This document shows, piece by piece, positions 49,438-63,827 of a stretch of DNA of 64,000 bases. Below the pieces are notes generated by a model that was not told the DNA's origin, did not search any database, and saw only the letters and a list, made by a program, of their open reading frames with translations. The stretch lies in assembly GCA_951406725.2 (NCBI GenBank), contig CATOCA020000001.1, positions 5,766,001-5,830,000 of the forward strand, read 5' to 3'. This DNA comes from Octopus vulgaris. Lineage: Eukaryota. Position 1 is the first letter of the stretch, and the number at the start of each line of letters is the position of its first letter. Both the position numbers and the translations under genes were made by a program.

Positions 49438-50395
49438 CACAAGAATGGCTGTGTGGTAAGTCGCTTGCTTACAAACCACATGGTTCCGGGTTCAGTCCCA
49501 CTTGGGCAAGTGTCTTGTACTTTAGCCTCGGGCCGACCAAAGCCTTGTGAGTGGATTTGGTAGACGGAAACTGGAAGAAGCCCGTCCTATATATGTATAT
49601 ATATATATATTTTTATATATATATTTGTGTGTTTGAGTGTGCGTGTTTGTTACTCACCATCGCTTGACAACCGATGCTGGTGTGCTTACGCTCTCGTAAC
49701 TTAGCGGTTCGGCAAAGAGATCGATAGAATAAGTACTAGACTTACAATGAATAAGTCCTGGTGGCAATTTCCTCGACTAAATGTGGTGCTCCATCATGGC
49801 CACAGTCAAATGATGGAAACAAGCAAAAGAGTAAAAAATATCTATTTACATACTCACACACACACATGTGTGAGAGACAGGCGCAGGTGTGGCTGTGTGG
49901 TAAGTAACTTGCTTACCAACCACATGGTTCCCGGTTCATTTTCTTTGCATGGCACAATGAGCAAGTGTCTTCTGCTATAGCCCCAGGCTGGGCAAACCTT
50001 GAGAGTGGATTTGGTAGATGGAGACTGAAAGAAGCTCGTCGTATGTATATATATATAAATATGTATAAATCTATATATATATATATATGTGTGTGTGTTT
50101 GTGTGTGTGTGTGTGTACATATATATATATATATATATATACATATGAGTTTGTGTATGTGTGTGTGTGTTATGTGTGTCTGTGTGTACGTGCGTGTGTT
50201 TGTGTGTCTGTGTTTGTCCCCCAACATCGCTTGACAACCGATGCTGGTGTGTTTACGTCCCCGTAAACTAGCGTTTCTGCAAAAGAAATGAATAAAATAA
50301 GTACTAGGCTTACTGGGGTCGATTTGCTCGACTAACGACAGTGCCCCAGCATGGCCACATTCACATGACTGAAACAAATGAAAGAATAAAAGAAT
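49435..50395 (+). mobile_element. Two tandem tRNA-derived SINE copies (49435-49835, 49879-50395)
   Basis: Two head/tail pairs of the same family. Confidence 0.8.
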
Positions 50396-50729
50396 AAATG
50401 TAACTATGAACATACACACGCGAACACACACATATACACACACACATTTTGCTGCTCTATGTGTTTATTTATTGAGTTATTCATCCTATATGCGTGTGTT
50501 TGTGTGTGTGTATATAAATATATTTATATGCACATATGTATGTGTGTATACACGTGTGTGTATATACAATAGAAATCTCCATTACCTACTCCCCACCCCA
50601 ATCATTCCACCTGTTTAATTAATTTCATTCCTTCTCTTCTCTTTTTCTCTGAGTTTTTCTTTTAATTCTTCACCACCCGACTCCCCTTTCAGACACCATT
50701 TTTAATGTTTTTATTCTTTTCTTTATCAG

Positions 50730-50884
50730 GTTAATCCTCGAAATGAAGATGGTCGCACACCGCTGCACGTGGCCTGTTCACGGGGATACTTGCACATTGT
50801 CGACATTTTGTTGGGTCACAATGGCATCGATGCCAATGTGGTTGACAACAATGGAGACACACCACTGCATGATGCAGTTCGGAG
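50730..50884 (+). CDS. Exon C' of ankyrin gene, right copy (VNPRNEDGRTPLHVACSRGYLHIVDILLGHNGIDANVVDNNGDTPLHDAVR[R])
   Basis: 155 nt, AG|...|GTAAGT, phase 0 to 2, open frame; paralogue of 9837-9991. Confidence 0.9.
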
Positions 50885-51861
50885 GTAAGTCCCCATTAGA
50901 TCTGGAATATCCAAATCTGTTTCTTTTATGTTTTCAATAATGTTTGTTTCTTTTTCATTCAGTTATTTATGTCATAATCCCACCATGGGGTCATTGTCTT
51001 TCTTCTCTCTTTCGCACTGAAATAACACTGTAATCTACTTTATTAATTAATCATCACCATAATTGTTATTGTTGTTGCCTGACTGGACACTTTACTTCAT
51101 CTCGTTCTCCATTTCCTCAACGTCACAGGTTCAAATCCTCTCTCTTCTTCCTTTCATCCCATCTATAACTACTTTCTCTCTCTTTCTCTCTTTCTTCCTC
51201 ACTCTCTCTCCTTTGTAGTTTCCCTATTTATTCCGACCCTGGGCTAAATACAGAATCATCCCCTTACAGTATTTACATTTGTCTCTTTTATGTTCCATGT
51301 TCAAATCCTACCAGAATATTTACTATCACTCTGGGGTCAATATAATCTGTACCAGTAATACCCAGGGGTTCCTTTAATAAACTGTCTTCCTTCTTTTCTC
51401 CAGTTCTTGTTTCTTATTACTTTTGAAGAAAATAAATTGTGTTATTTTATTTACGACTCTTTACGTTCAGAGTTCAAATCCTGCCAATGTCAACTTCTTC
51501 CATCTTTGCAAGGTTGATAAAATACAATACCAGTCATGTACTGGGGTTCATATGATTACCTGTAGCCCTTCTTTCCTTCCTAAATTTCATGTTTATATAA
51601 GCTGTCAGAATTCTTAGCAGTATTTTCCCTGTCTTTACATTTCTGGGTTTACTCAGGTGTGTATATATCATTGTTCTACTGTGTAGAGTGTGTATTGAAT
51701 AAATATATATGTGTGTGTGAGTATGTGTGTAATAATTGCTGTAATTAAGTTATTGTGATCTAATTACATTTGTTTTCTTTAATGACCTAATAACTATTAT
51801 CTCAAGCTGTGTGATGTTTGCTTTTTTTTCATGTTTTTCTTTCCTCATCCATTACTTTCAG

Positions 51862-51898
51862 GCGAAAATATAAAGTGGTGTGTGCGATGCTGAACCAG
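51862..51898 (+). CDS. Micro-exon D', right copy ([R]RKYKVVCAMLNQ)
   Basis: 37 nt, TTTCAG|...|GTTAGT, phase 2 to 0, open frame. Confidence 0.83.
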
Positions 51899-52321
51899 GT
51901 TAGTTAATAAATATATATTATATACACTCTCCAGTATTATATTGATCTGTATAATATAAATATCATCAAGGTACCAGTGAAATAATGGGAATAGATTTAA
52001 TCACATGTACTACAAAAGCCTTGTGTTTGTGGAGGAATTGTATATTGATCATGTTGATGTTGATATTAGCGGTGTTGACTTTCCAACTGACCACCACCAC
52101 TGATAATAATATCTTTAATAGTGAAATAAAACAAGGTTATTATGAGATGAACCAAAATATAACAGACATCATATATATATATATATATATATTAATTGTT
52201 TCAGGCATTTGACTGCGGTCATGCTGGGGCATCACCTTGAATTTTTGGTCTACTGTATCGATCCCAGTACTTTTATTATTTTAAGCATACCACTTATCCT
52301 TTCAGCCTCTTTGCTGAACCA

Positions 52322-52367
<46 letters not shown>

Positions 52368-52614
52368 AAACACTCACACACACACATACATAGGCACACA
52401 GCTATTATGAAGCTTCTTTCAGTTTTCATTTACCAAATCCACTAACAAGATTTTGTTCAGCTCTAGGTAAGAGTGGAATATACTTGCCTGAGTTTGCATG
52501 CAGAGGGATTCAACGTAGAACCGTGTATGGTTGGGAAAAAAGCTTCTTATTCTACAACCATGTATATATGTATGGGTGTGTTGTACTCATTTCTGTGTAA
52601 ATATATATACATAC

Positions 52615-53120
52615 ATAACTTAGAATAACTTAGAAAGGTTTTGACCAGTATTGGCCCAAGCCATGTCTAACTTAATAGCACCACCTGGCGAAGTCTTTCA
52701 GTTCAGGATTTGGGCACCAAGGCCCATTCGAGCAGAGAGTTATTGTTTGCGGAGACATATCCGAGTGTGGGTGGTTTGTCCGGTACTGTTTGAAGGAATT
52801 TGTCCAAAGACTTCTTGAATTTTGTGTGGTCAGTTTCTTTTTTGACGTGTCCTGGTGTAATGTTGAAGAGAGCGGGTCCAATTGAGGTGAAATAGTTGTG
52901 CCGTATTGTCGTTATGTGATGCGATTTAGATTTTTGTTGTGGACGGATGGCACGTGGTCCAAGCCTTGGATGTATTTTGAAGGTGATGCCAACATCATTC
53001 GGACAGTGCTGATGGAATATTTTCCACATCATACAGATAATGTAGCGTTCACGGCGTCGTTGGAGTGGATACAATTTCAGCTTCTCTAGTCTACCCCAGT
53101 AGTCAAGGTCTGACATGCCA
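52615..53120 (-). mobile_element. 3' fragment of a CR1-group LINE, right arm only
   Basis: [22 protein letters not shown]...GPALFN...FKKSLDKFL C-terminus. Bounded by (TACA)/(TA) repeats. Confidence 0.75.
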
Positions 53121-53450
<330 letters not shown>

Positions 53451-53548
53451 TACTGGAGATGCATCGATTTATGGTTAGATCGTATGTGATCTTCTTCTAG
53501 CACATGGCTGTCCACATAGTGGTTTTTAGCCCTAAATATACACATGTA

Positions 53549-53579
<31 letters not shown>

Positions 53580-53689
53580 TAACCAATGATAATTTTGATT
53601 GTTATTTTCATATTTGTGTATGTCTATGTCTCTATTTGTGCGTTATAGCCATCATCGTCATCACCATCATCGTCATCATTATCATCATT

Positions 53690-55510
53690 TAACATCCACT
53701 CACCATACTGGCATGTGTCGGCTGGTTTGACAGGAGATTATGAGTCGGTGAGCTGCCCCACGTTCCTGTCTGATTTGGCATAGTTTCTACAGCTTGATGT
53801 CCTTCCTAATGCCAACCACCCCTGGTGTGTAATTGGCGTTTCACATGCCACCGGCACGGGTGCCACTTGCATGACACCGACAATGGCCACGACTACGATT
53901 CACGGATGGTTGCCATTTAAATGGCACCACCAACGACGATAATTCCCAGGTGCCAATTTACATGGCACCATCGGTGACCACAACTATGATACCCAGGTTT
54001 CATTGACATGGCACCGGAAGCGAACAGCCACGGCTATGATGCACGGCTGCCACTTATAGGACACTGGCACGACCACATCCTTATCGTCACCAGGGTTCTC
54101 GGTCACTTGTCATCTCCTCTATGATGTCCAACGGTTGGAGATCATTCTTCATCAACTCATCGAAAGTCTTCTTGGGTCTCCGTCTTCCAAAGGATCCTTC
54201 CACAGTTAGAGATCGGCACTTTTTGACACAACTGTTCATGTCCATACACATCGCAAGACCATACCAACGCAGACGTCTCTCTTGCACACCCTATTTGATG
54301 TCTTCAATTCTCAGCTTTTCTCTCAAGACTACTATACTCTGTCGTACATGCACACTGAGATTGTACATCCAGCGAGGCATACTGGCTTCATTTCTTTCAA
54401 GCCTATGGAAGTCCTCAGAGAGGTCACATCCCATGTTTCACTGACATGTAACATAGTTGTTTACACACAGGCATCATAACATCTGCCTTTCAATCTCAGG
54501 GAGACGCTCTTTGTTACCATTAGAGTTAAGATCACTCTGAACTTTGCACGTCTTATTCTTATTCTTGCAGCTACACTCAAGGAAGAACAAACCACACTCC
54601 TGACTTGGCCACCTAGATAGCGGAAACTATCAACTCCCAGTAGCTTACTTACCTGGCAATTGATGGGCTCTATTTTCTCTACATTTGTGCTGTTTATTGT
54701 ACCTGTGCACCTTCCAAACAGAAAAAACTATTATCCCTGTTAACCTTCCTCTGATATTGCTGCAACACTTATGTGTCCATACCTTACACTGGGCACATCT
54801 TATGAACTACCTACCTACCTACGCTTTTTCTACAGATCGAACAGTGCCATCTTCCTAAGGGGATTTGTGAATTGTCCGCTTTCCTACTTACCAAGACTGG
54901 TTTTTGTTAGACTAAGTTTAGGGTCCTTTGGTTCTAGTCCTTACTGATATACCTAAAATTTACCTAGTTCTGAAAGTTATTCGGCTATGATAACAAGGTC
55001 ATCAGCATTGGGGATCTCCTAGAAGCAGTTCATCTTAAATTCCTCTGTTATTGCCTGGAGGACTCTGATAAACAGGAAGGAGCTAAGGACTAATCCATGG
55101 TGAACCCCTACTTGTACCCTAATTCATTGCTACACACGATGCCAAACCTCACCTTACTGACAGCATCCCTGTACATGGCTTGTAACGCTCTCACCAACCA
55201 TTCGTCCATCCCTAGTTTTTGCAGTGACCGCCAAATAAGGGATCAAGGGATCCTGTCAAAGCCTTTCTCCGTGTTTAACAAAGGCCCAGTACAAGAGTTT
55301 ATCTTTGGCTTTGTACTTCTCCTGCAGCTGCCTTACCAGGAATATAGCATCAGAGGTTCTTCGCTGTGGCACAAAACCAAATTGCATCTCTTCTAGTCTA
55401 ACACACATCCTAATTATTTTGTCTGTGACCCTCTCAGTAATTTTCATTGCTTCATCTAATAGTTTGATACTTCTGTAATTCTTCCCGTCCAAGGCATCAT
55501 CTTCCCTGTA
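53690..55510 (-). mobile_element. Duplicated copy of the RTE-clade LINE fragment (paralogue of 1497-3350)
   Basis: Same 5' truncation point and many shared lesions, so the insertion predates the duplication or a later conversion event. Confidence 0.88.
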
Positions 55511-55694
55511 TGTGTGTGTGTGTGTGAGTGTGTGTGTGCGTGTGTATGTATTTGTAATTATTTGGAATTTGGGTATACATTTAGAAGTATACCCCTTAAA
55601 GCTCTTTCGCTGATTCGGTTACCTCATGTCATCCACAGTTGAGCTATAAGTGACACTGGATCTACCTCATGTATTCTGCAGTGTTCGTTCAGTT

Positions 55695-56155
55695 TATAAT
55701 GAATGAGGGAAGCAGAAAATGGAGTTAATGAGAATTTTTATTCATCGCAACGATTGTTTCAATCCATCTTGTATCGGTCCCTTGCAGGTAGGATATTGTA
55801 TAACTGGTTGTGGTACATCCTCCGGTGCAGATGCATGTCATCGGGTGTCTTCTTTTAAAGAAGATACCTCTGTAAATATATTCGGTTTCGCTTGGAATAT
55901 TGTTGTTGCCAGGAGGCTGTTGTCTCTCATGTTGTAATCCAAGAAGCTTCTAGCAACAACATGTCAGTTGAAACTGAATATATTTAGTGAGGTATCTTTA
56001 CATTAAAACAAGGCACCCGATGAGATGCATCTGCACTGGAGGATGCAACACAACATGTATAGTAGCCCACCCGCAAGCGACCGATGCAAGATGGGTCGAA
56101 ACGGTCGTTGTGATGCATATTCTCGTGAACTCCGTTTCCCCAATTCATTATATGT
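55695..56155. repeat. Foldback palindrome, right-arm copy
   Basis: Paralogue of 865-1330. Confidence 0.8.
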
Positions 56156-56585
56156 ATTTATATATGTAACACTGATGTTTATGTGTGTGTGTGCGTGCGT
56201 GCGCATTAGTTTTATGCATGTGGACGCTAACCGGCTCAGCAGTTTTATGAACCCCTTATTAATGTAGCAACGTCAAAAGTAAACATTAGAAATTATAATT
56301 CTTCTTTACTTGACTTGATCTGCTAATCATGTGTTTACTCTAGTTCTGTTGCCCTACAACTTTCTATAGTGAGGGGCAAATGTAGGACATCTTAATATAT
56401 TTATCATGTCTCTAACACACACATGTATCAGGTTATAGAAGGTCCTTATGGAAGATTTATTTCACTGACAAACATCAAATGTATTTGATCAGTTTAATCT
56501 AGTACCCAGTAGAAAACTGTAATGACATTGATATCAACCCTGATTTTCATGTAAATTTTCATTTTCCATTTTTACCTCCACAAAG

Positions 56586-56792
56586 GATTCAGTGAATTTA
56601 GAAATTGTGAACAAAGAATACAGGACACCATTGCTTGAAGCTGTTTCGGACGGTCACCTCGGAATAATGCAGCGGCTGATAGCCAGGGACGCGAATGTAA
56701 ATGCCGTCGACCATGGAGGAAATAATTGCCTGCATCTGGCGTTAAAAAGAGACTTTCATTCTGAGGTGGAGCACATGACCATGTTAGATCAG
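56586..56792 (+). CDS. Exon E', right copy (DSVNLEIVNKEYRTPLLEAVSDGHLGIMQRLIARDANVNAVDHGGNNCLHLALKRDFHSEVEHMTMLDQ)
   Basis: 207 nt, phase 0/0, splice sites intact, 6 nt in-frame indel relative to exon E. Confidence 0.9.
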
Positions 56793-57304
56793 GTAAGTTT
56801 TCACATTGTTTGTGACTATGTGTGTGTGTGTGTATTGCTGTGTGCATTTGTGCGTCTGTGTGTGTGTAAAATAGACAAACAGACAGAGAAAGACAGACAG
56901 AAACAGACATTGTTTGTATCGCAATTCTCACCTACCAACCCCATCCTCCATTACCATTTCCTGATCCAGTCACAATGGTAACCCTTAGTTATATTATTAT
57001 GTAACAAACACTATTCTCTATTCCGTCCCCTTCCGTCCTCAAAGGCACGACCTCTCCATGGTAGAGAAGGTGATCCATCTCGAATGTTGGCCATACAAAC
57101 ACGGTCATCAAAATTTGAAGGAGAAATGATCTATTCAAGACAGGAGATATTATTCTGAATTAACAATGATACTGGGTAGAAGAGAGGTTCATATGATAGA
57201 CAGTAACATTTATAGTGCTGGGGCCATGATAATAAATACATCTTGTCCATTCCATGAAGAATTCTGCCTGAAACAGCTCTCTGTCACATTTCTTTTATAT
57301 AATA

Positions 57305-57640
57305 CTAGCAGCATAGCCCGGCATTGCCCGGGTATGTAAGAGCCCCTAGTAGGCAACGACTAATCCCAATCTAGTCCTTTCCCTCTAGGGAACGAAGGTG
57401 CGTGTGTAGGTTGCAATATCTTCTCTTCACTCGAATACTTCTGTGTATACGATGTTCCTAGCAGTCCCTTTGGGCGATAAAAAGGTCGAGTTGCGTCCTC
57501 TAGACAGAAGATGTGTTGCATATAAAAAGTTTAGATTCTCGACCCCATGTCGAATTTATCGATTTTTTTCAGAACTGGGGGAACTTTTCAAAATTTTCGC
57601 TGCGTTAGTTTTGAATTATGACATTGGGCTATTCCCATAT
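57305..57640 (-). mobile_element. Non-autonomous Helitron 3' end
   Basis: Minus strand ends CCCGGGCAATGCCGGG hairpin, spacer, CTAG|T. The 5' boundary is uncertain. Confidence 0.6.
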
Positions 57641-57889
57641 GAATAAAGCTCACTACAGATGACTGACTACTATTCAGGCAGTTGATGGTCATCTGTGTAT
57701 TGTTGTAATGTCTACTTTGGTGAGAGGAACCTACTCTGACAGCCAGCGACCTCCCCACCCACTGGAATAGTCCATCAGACTAACACTGAACAATTTATCA
57801 ACTACGCGTTGGTGTTCTGCCTCAACTGTGACACCGATTCTTACTTCCCTTACTTCACTTTCTTCATCAAAAGATGTTTCCTTATTAAT

Positions 57890-58490
57890 TCATCATCATC
57901 ATCATCATGATAATGTATCGACTGTTTTCAAAGCTGGCATGGGTTCGACGCTTTGACCGAAGCTGGTCAGCTGAAAAGCTACCTGGGCTCCATATCTCTT
58001 TACGCATGGTTTCGACAGTTGGATGTCCTTCCTAATGCCACCCAATTTACATAATGTACTGCGTGCTTTTCTGCAGCACCGACACGGATATTTGTATGTG
58101 ACACCAGCATGGGTGATTTTTCCGAAGCATCAGCACCCATGATCCCTCAAGATTAGGATATCTCAGACGAAGAATGATACAGGGGTCATGACAGTATGCA
58201 AGGACAACGACGATTTAGCTTGGCATATTATCTCAAGTACAGCAGACTGCCAAAAGTATCGCTCCCATTTCATCCCCTCTGTGAGGCCCAACATCTGACG
58301 GTCCTTTCTCACCACATTATTGCACGTCTTTCTGGGTCTACCCCCTCCACACATTCCCTCCACAATGAGAGATCACCCCTTCTTGGTGAAGCTATCTTCA
58401 TCCATATGCATCACATAACCATACCATGGTAGACTTCTCTCCTGCGCACAAAATCCGATGCCTTATATACCCTGTTTTTCTCTCCAATCC
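57890..58490 (-). mobile_element. RTE-like LINE 3' fragment
   Basis: EGMCGGGRPRKTCNNVVRKD C-terminus, related 3' UTR and (GAT)n tail. Confidence 0.7.
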
Positions 58491-58799
58491 ACTTAATTAA
58501 AGAAACATTATTGATCTGCATGGATATGTCTATGTGGTGTTGATTTAGTTGTTATGTCTGAAGGCCTTGCTATGTTGTTGCTGTTCTCTTTTCTGGTATA
58601 ACTTATATTATTTGTGGTGTTATTCATATCTATAAGACAGTCCTTTGACGAAAATTTTATGCACATTTTGCTTTGGAGGTTAATGGCAGCCAAACCGAGG
58701 CAAGGATACTAAATGCGTGGTGAGAATGAGACCCATGATGGTTAAAATTCGCAAGCTATAAGATGTGGTTGCTATGGCAAAAAGAGTGATTTTTTGATC

Positions 58800-59751
58800 C
58801 CTCTATAACGATGTCTCTCTGTCACTCTTTCTTGCACCACCTCTCTCACTGTACATCTGTCTGTATCTATAGACAGAAAGCGATGACAACCGCAAAAGTT
58901 TAAATATTCTCGCCACAGGTCTTTTAGAACGGTGAATTAATATCGCCCACCTCCATCGCACAGTCATAACAGATATTATTAAACAGATATATTGTGTTAA
59001 TTTATATATATACTGTGTGCATATGTGGTTGGATTTGGCTAAAAATATGCACACCTATGTTAAAAGTGCTAGCGAGTTTGTATTGGAACTTCGAATTTGC
59101 TCAATTGAAAGGCATGGACTCTAGGGCAAAATTCCTCATCTTTTAAAATGTGGCCCGCTTAGACCCGAATGAAATCGGGTTATAATACCAAAACGAGTAA
59201 AACAATAATAAACTATTTTAATTCCGAACAAGGCCGGGTATGTATTTCTAATCTATCAAATGAAGAAGGCGAACGATGATACAAATTGGATTTTTATGTA
59301 AAAATATGTGTAATTGGGCCTGGAAGGAGATTACAATTTAGAAGAGGGGGTAACTTGCGGTGAGAAATTGTTTGAGAGACTTTTGGGGCGCTACTGTGGT
59401 CGTTTTGGTGTGAAAATAGGGATTTTATTGATTTTGGGGGACAATTGGGGGTTTAGATTGGACACCTTTTGCCCGATTTCAATCAAATTTTCAACATGGT
59501 AAAGTAGAAGATTTGTAATTTAAGCACGGAAATCTAATTTTTTATAAATGGGAGATAGATAGATAGAGAAAGATAAAAAGCAAGAGAAAGTGAGGGAGAG
59601 TCCGAGATAAAGGAAGAGTAAGAGAGTGGGGATGCGAGAGAGAAAGGAGAGAGGAACAAAGAAGGTGAATATGGCGATAAGAAACAAAGGAAGCAACAGA
59701 AAGTAACAATCACACCCTCACCCACGCGTAGAGCGGGTCACCTTAAGCTAG
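58800..59751 (+). mobile_element. Possible non-autonomous Helitron
   Basis: Imperfect GC hairpin ACCCACGCGTAGAGCGGGT followed by CTAG|T at 59748-59751. The 5' end is a guess. Confidence 0.4.
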
Positions 59752-60258
59752 TACTTATATGTACAATACTCTTCCGTAAGTATTTCTCTTGCTGTGGCCA
59801 TTTGGCTTTATCAAGCCAGTTGTAGAGATAGGTTCTTGTTGGTTTGTTGTCTTTCATTATTGTGACATTTCTGTCCTTATATTTTGTATATTTGACTTGA
59901 TGTTATAATAACTTTATATTGTGTTTTTATTGAATAGTTTGTGACATTTGTGATTGGCAAGTAAATATTTACTCATTAAATATCATTGTTAAGCAATAAC
60001 GTTGACCACTAATGTGCGTTTTGTTCAATATAATGATCATAATTTTTGTCTTAATGTAGAACGTAAAGTAAAACAAATGATAATGAAAAGTGGACTCAAC
60101 TAAGAGATGATGTAAGAAATCAACGCTGTGTGAATAGTTTAATCACTGGAGAAACAAAACTATGTGAAAATGTAGTCGAACTGTTGTGTAATTTGGGGCA
60201 TCTTTAGTATATGTTTGTGTAATCTTTAACTCATCATTTTATATTTCATCATTTGTAG

Positions 60259-60434
60259 TTCTGCAAGGATCTGAAACTGGGAAGCGAAGAAAGGTACTCT
60301 GGTGTGGTAGTTGCCAGCTACCTAGCCCACCACGGGGCCAACTTTTACTGTAAAAACAAAAGTGGCAGAACACCATTGGACCTAATAAAAAAGGAAAATT
60401 TAAAAAAGATGTTAAAGACGTTATTCTCACCGCA
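60259..60434 (+). CDS. Exon F', right copy (FCKDLKLGSEERYSGVVVASYLAHHGANFYCKNKSGRTPLDLIKKENLKKMLKTLFSP[Q/H])
   Basis: 176 nt, TTTGTAG|...|GTAAGT, phase 0 to 2, in frame with E'. Resembles the recalled MIB2 segment VACFLALEGAD...NHRGRSPLDL that precedes the RING domains. Not in the ORF track. Confidence 0.85.
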
Positions 60435-61105
60435 GTAAGTATTCACTGGCAATGACAAGATAAACCATTACATTTTCTATTTTGTATATAACCATGTTTA
60501 TATGTTTATATTGTTTTAATTCTACTGATACATTATACTGTCTTAGTAGCTTAATGAAAGGTTAGACGACAACAGTAAGAAGAACAATAAACAATATGCA
60601 GATGTTAAGATAATTAAAAGAAAGGACACTATTTTGATTACATTCAAATGATTGGTTGCGTTGACTGTTATACCTCTCCTAAAATCCCCACCCACCTCTC
60701 TCAATTCCCTATTTTAAAGATTTGGGACCAATGAGAAAATGTAGAAGTAAATAGTGAAGTGATGGAATTTATCTGTCTACCAACAGATTGTTCCTCTGTT
60801 TTCTCTGTCCCACCCAGTCATGTCCATGTGAGCTATCCTGAGAAAATCACTACAAACACATACAATGAGTGTACATACATGGATACATACATACATACGT
60901 ATTTATACATACATACGTATTTATACATGCATACATAGATACATACATACATATATATATATTTATATAACTACAACATTAGAAAATGGAGACACATACT
61001 TAAATCAATAAAACATCAACCATCAGATGATACCCAATCAATACTTTATTACACCATTACATAACAGTATAATATATATTTATATACATATATATACATA
61101 TATAC

Positions 61106-61137
<32 letters not shown>

Positions 61138-61156
61138 ATATACATATATATATTTA

Positions 61157-61208
<52 letters not shown>

Positions 61209-61291
61209 TATACATACATATATATACATATATACATATATATATACATATATATATACATATATATATAGATATATATATATACATATAT

Positions 61292-61333
<42 letters not shown>

Positions 61334-61336
<3 letters not shown>

Positions 61337-61890
61337 GGTCCCGGGTTGATTCGGGGTTAACCACAGTAAGTAAGGTACTCAATACATAGCAGAGTAAAAT
61401 TAATTTATTATATAGAAGGAGCTTCTACAGGACTAGTACTGTTTCATTCAAGAGAAATCTTCAGGAAGCTATTTAACAAGAATTGTATTAGCATTTATAC
61501 ATTTAGGCAGGTTTAAAGGAGTGGTGGTGGGGGACTTTTTTGGGGGTAGGCATAGCGCAAAATATCATACTTGGGGGAGTGGTCAAGGAGTCAGTGGTAA
61601 GTTAGATGAAAGAATACATAAATAAAAAAATAAAAAAATAAAAAAGTAAAAAAATATAAAAAAATAAAAAATAAAAAAATAAAAAAATAAAATAAAAAAA
61701 TAAAAAAATAAAAAAATAAATAAATAAATAAAAAATTAAAAAAAAAAAAAATTAAAAATATATATAAAAAATATATATATAAAAAATATATATATAAAAA
61801 AGGGGGGATAGAGTTATAGGTAAATAAGGAGATTCTCACTTATACCTATACACATATGTATACGTATCTACACACATATATATATATATA

Positions 61891-61932
<42 letters not shown>

Positions 61933-62354
61933 CACATATACATACATATCTACATACACACATACATACACCCGCCCACATATACAAATTTATACACATG
62001 CACATGCATATACCTGTCTACACATACACACACGTATATATGCATACACTCACTCCCATGCATGCACGCATACACACATGTATATATATACCCACGACCA
62101 CACATACATATATACACAGAAAAATATATATATTCATACGCACATACACTCATGCACACACAACACACCTAGTTCCCTATATACACATATTTACACCTAT
62201 ATATACATACACCCACATACACATATGTGTACATATATATATATATATATATACATATACACGCATACATATATATACATGTGTGCACATACATACATAC
62301 ACACATATACATACACATACACATACACATGTGTACCCATACATACCTACACAT

Positions 62355-62395
<41 letters not shown>

Positions 62396-62700
62396 CCAAT
62401 ACAGGCCCATTCCCTAATTTTAATTTTATTATCTTCATTTATTACTTTTGTTATCTTTGATCGCTAGAGCTAAGGATCCTGGCTATGGCAGCATGTCCAT
62501 TTGTCTGTCTACTAGAAGGCAAGTACTCATACCCGCACGCACACTCATTAGCACGTACATTCACCCATTCGTACACTCATACACATACACGTACGCCCGC
62601 GTTATATTCATACATACAAACATCTACATACGTTCACGTATATACACAAACGTACTCGTACCTACAGATTCGTGTCTACACTTTAGGAGGCTATTCTATA
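61334..62700 (-). mobile_element. Non-coding hammerhead-bearing repeat, copy 2
   Basis: Direct repeat of 39822-40925, flanked by TA-rich microsatellites. Confidence 0.7.
61420..61470 (-). ncRNA. Type I hammerhead ribozyme motif, copy 2
   Basis: Minus strand: AGCTTC CTGAAGA tTTCtcttGAAt GAA ACAG tactagtc CTGT A GAAGCT. Differs from copy 1 at one loop-3 base. Confidence 0.7.
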
Positions 62701-62780
62701 CATATACACCAATAAATATACATATATATATATATATACACACACACATACACACACACACATATACTCCTACATACAGA

Positions 62781-62829
<49 letters not shown>

Positions 62830-62981
62830 CACAAACATATATACACACATATATATATATATATATACACACATTCACACACATACATACATATACACAC
62901 AAACACATACATACGTATACATACATACATACATCCATACATCCATACATACATGCATTTATACGCATACACACACCCATC

Positions 62982-63014
<33 letters not shown>

Positions 63015-63291
63015 TCACACATACACATATACAAATATACGCACACACATACATACATACACGTATACACATACACGCACATACACATATACATGCGTAC
63101 CCATACACGTGCACACACGCACGCGCATCCATATATATACACACACACACATATATACACGTGTGCAAGCATACATACATACTCATACACGCACACATAC
63201 TTACATATACATATATGCACACACTTACACACATATATACATACACATATACATGCATACATACATATATGCATACATACACACACGCGCA

Positions 63292-63337
<46 letters not shown>

Positions 63338-63502
63338 CATACACATACATATACATACACATATACACATACATACACATACACATGCATACATATATAT
63401 ACACATATATACACATATACACATACATATATACACATATACATACATATACATACACACACACATACATATATACATATACACTGATACACATACCCAT
63501 AC

Positions 63503-63533
<31 letters not shown>

Positions 63534-63616
63534 TATACACATGCATATACTTATATCTCTACATACTCACATATAAACATATATATATATACACACACAT
63601 ATATATACATGTACAT

Positions 63617-63691
<75 letters not shown>

Positions 63692-63769
63692 TACATATAC
63701 ACATATACATGTATACATACGCAATAATGATACACATATATACACATACACACACACAGACAGATGCAT

Positions 63770-63826
<57 letters not shown>
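62701..63826. repeat. Compound (TA)/(CA)/(TACA) low-complexity tract
   Basis: Read directly from the sequence. Confidence 0.93.
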
Positions 63827-63827
<1 letters not shown>

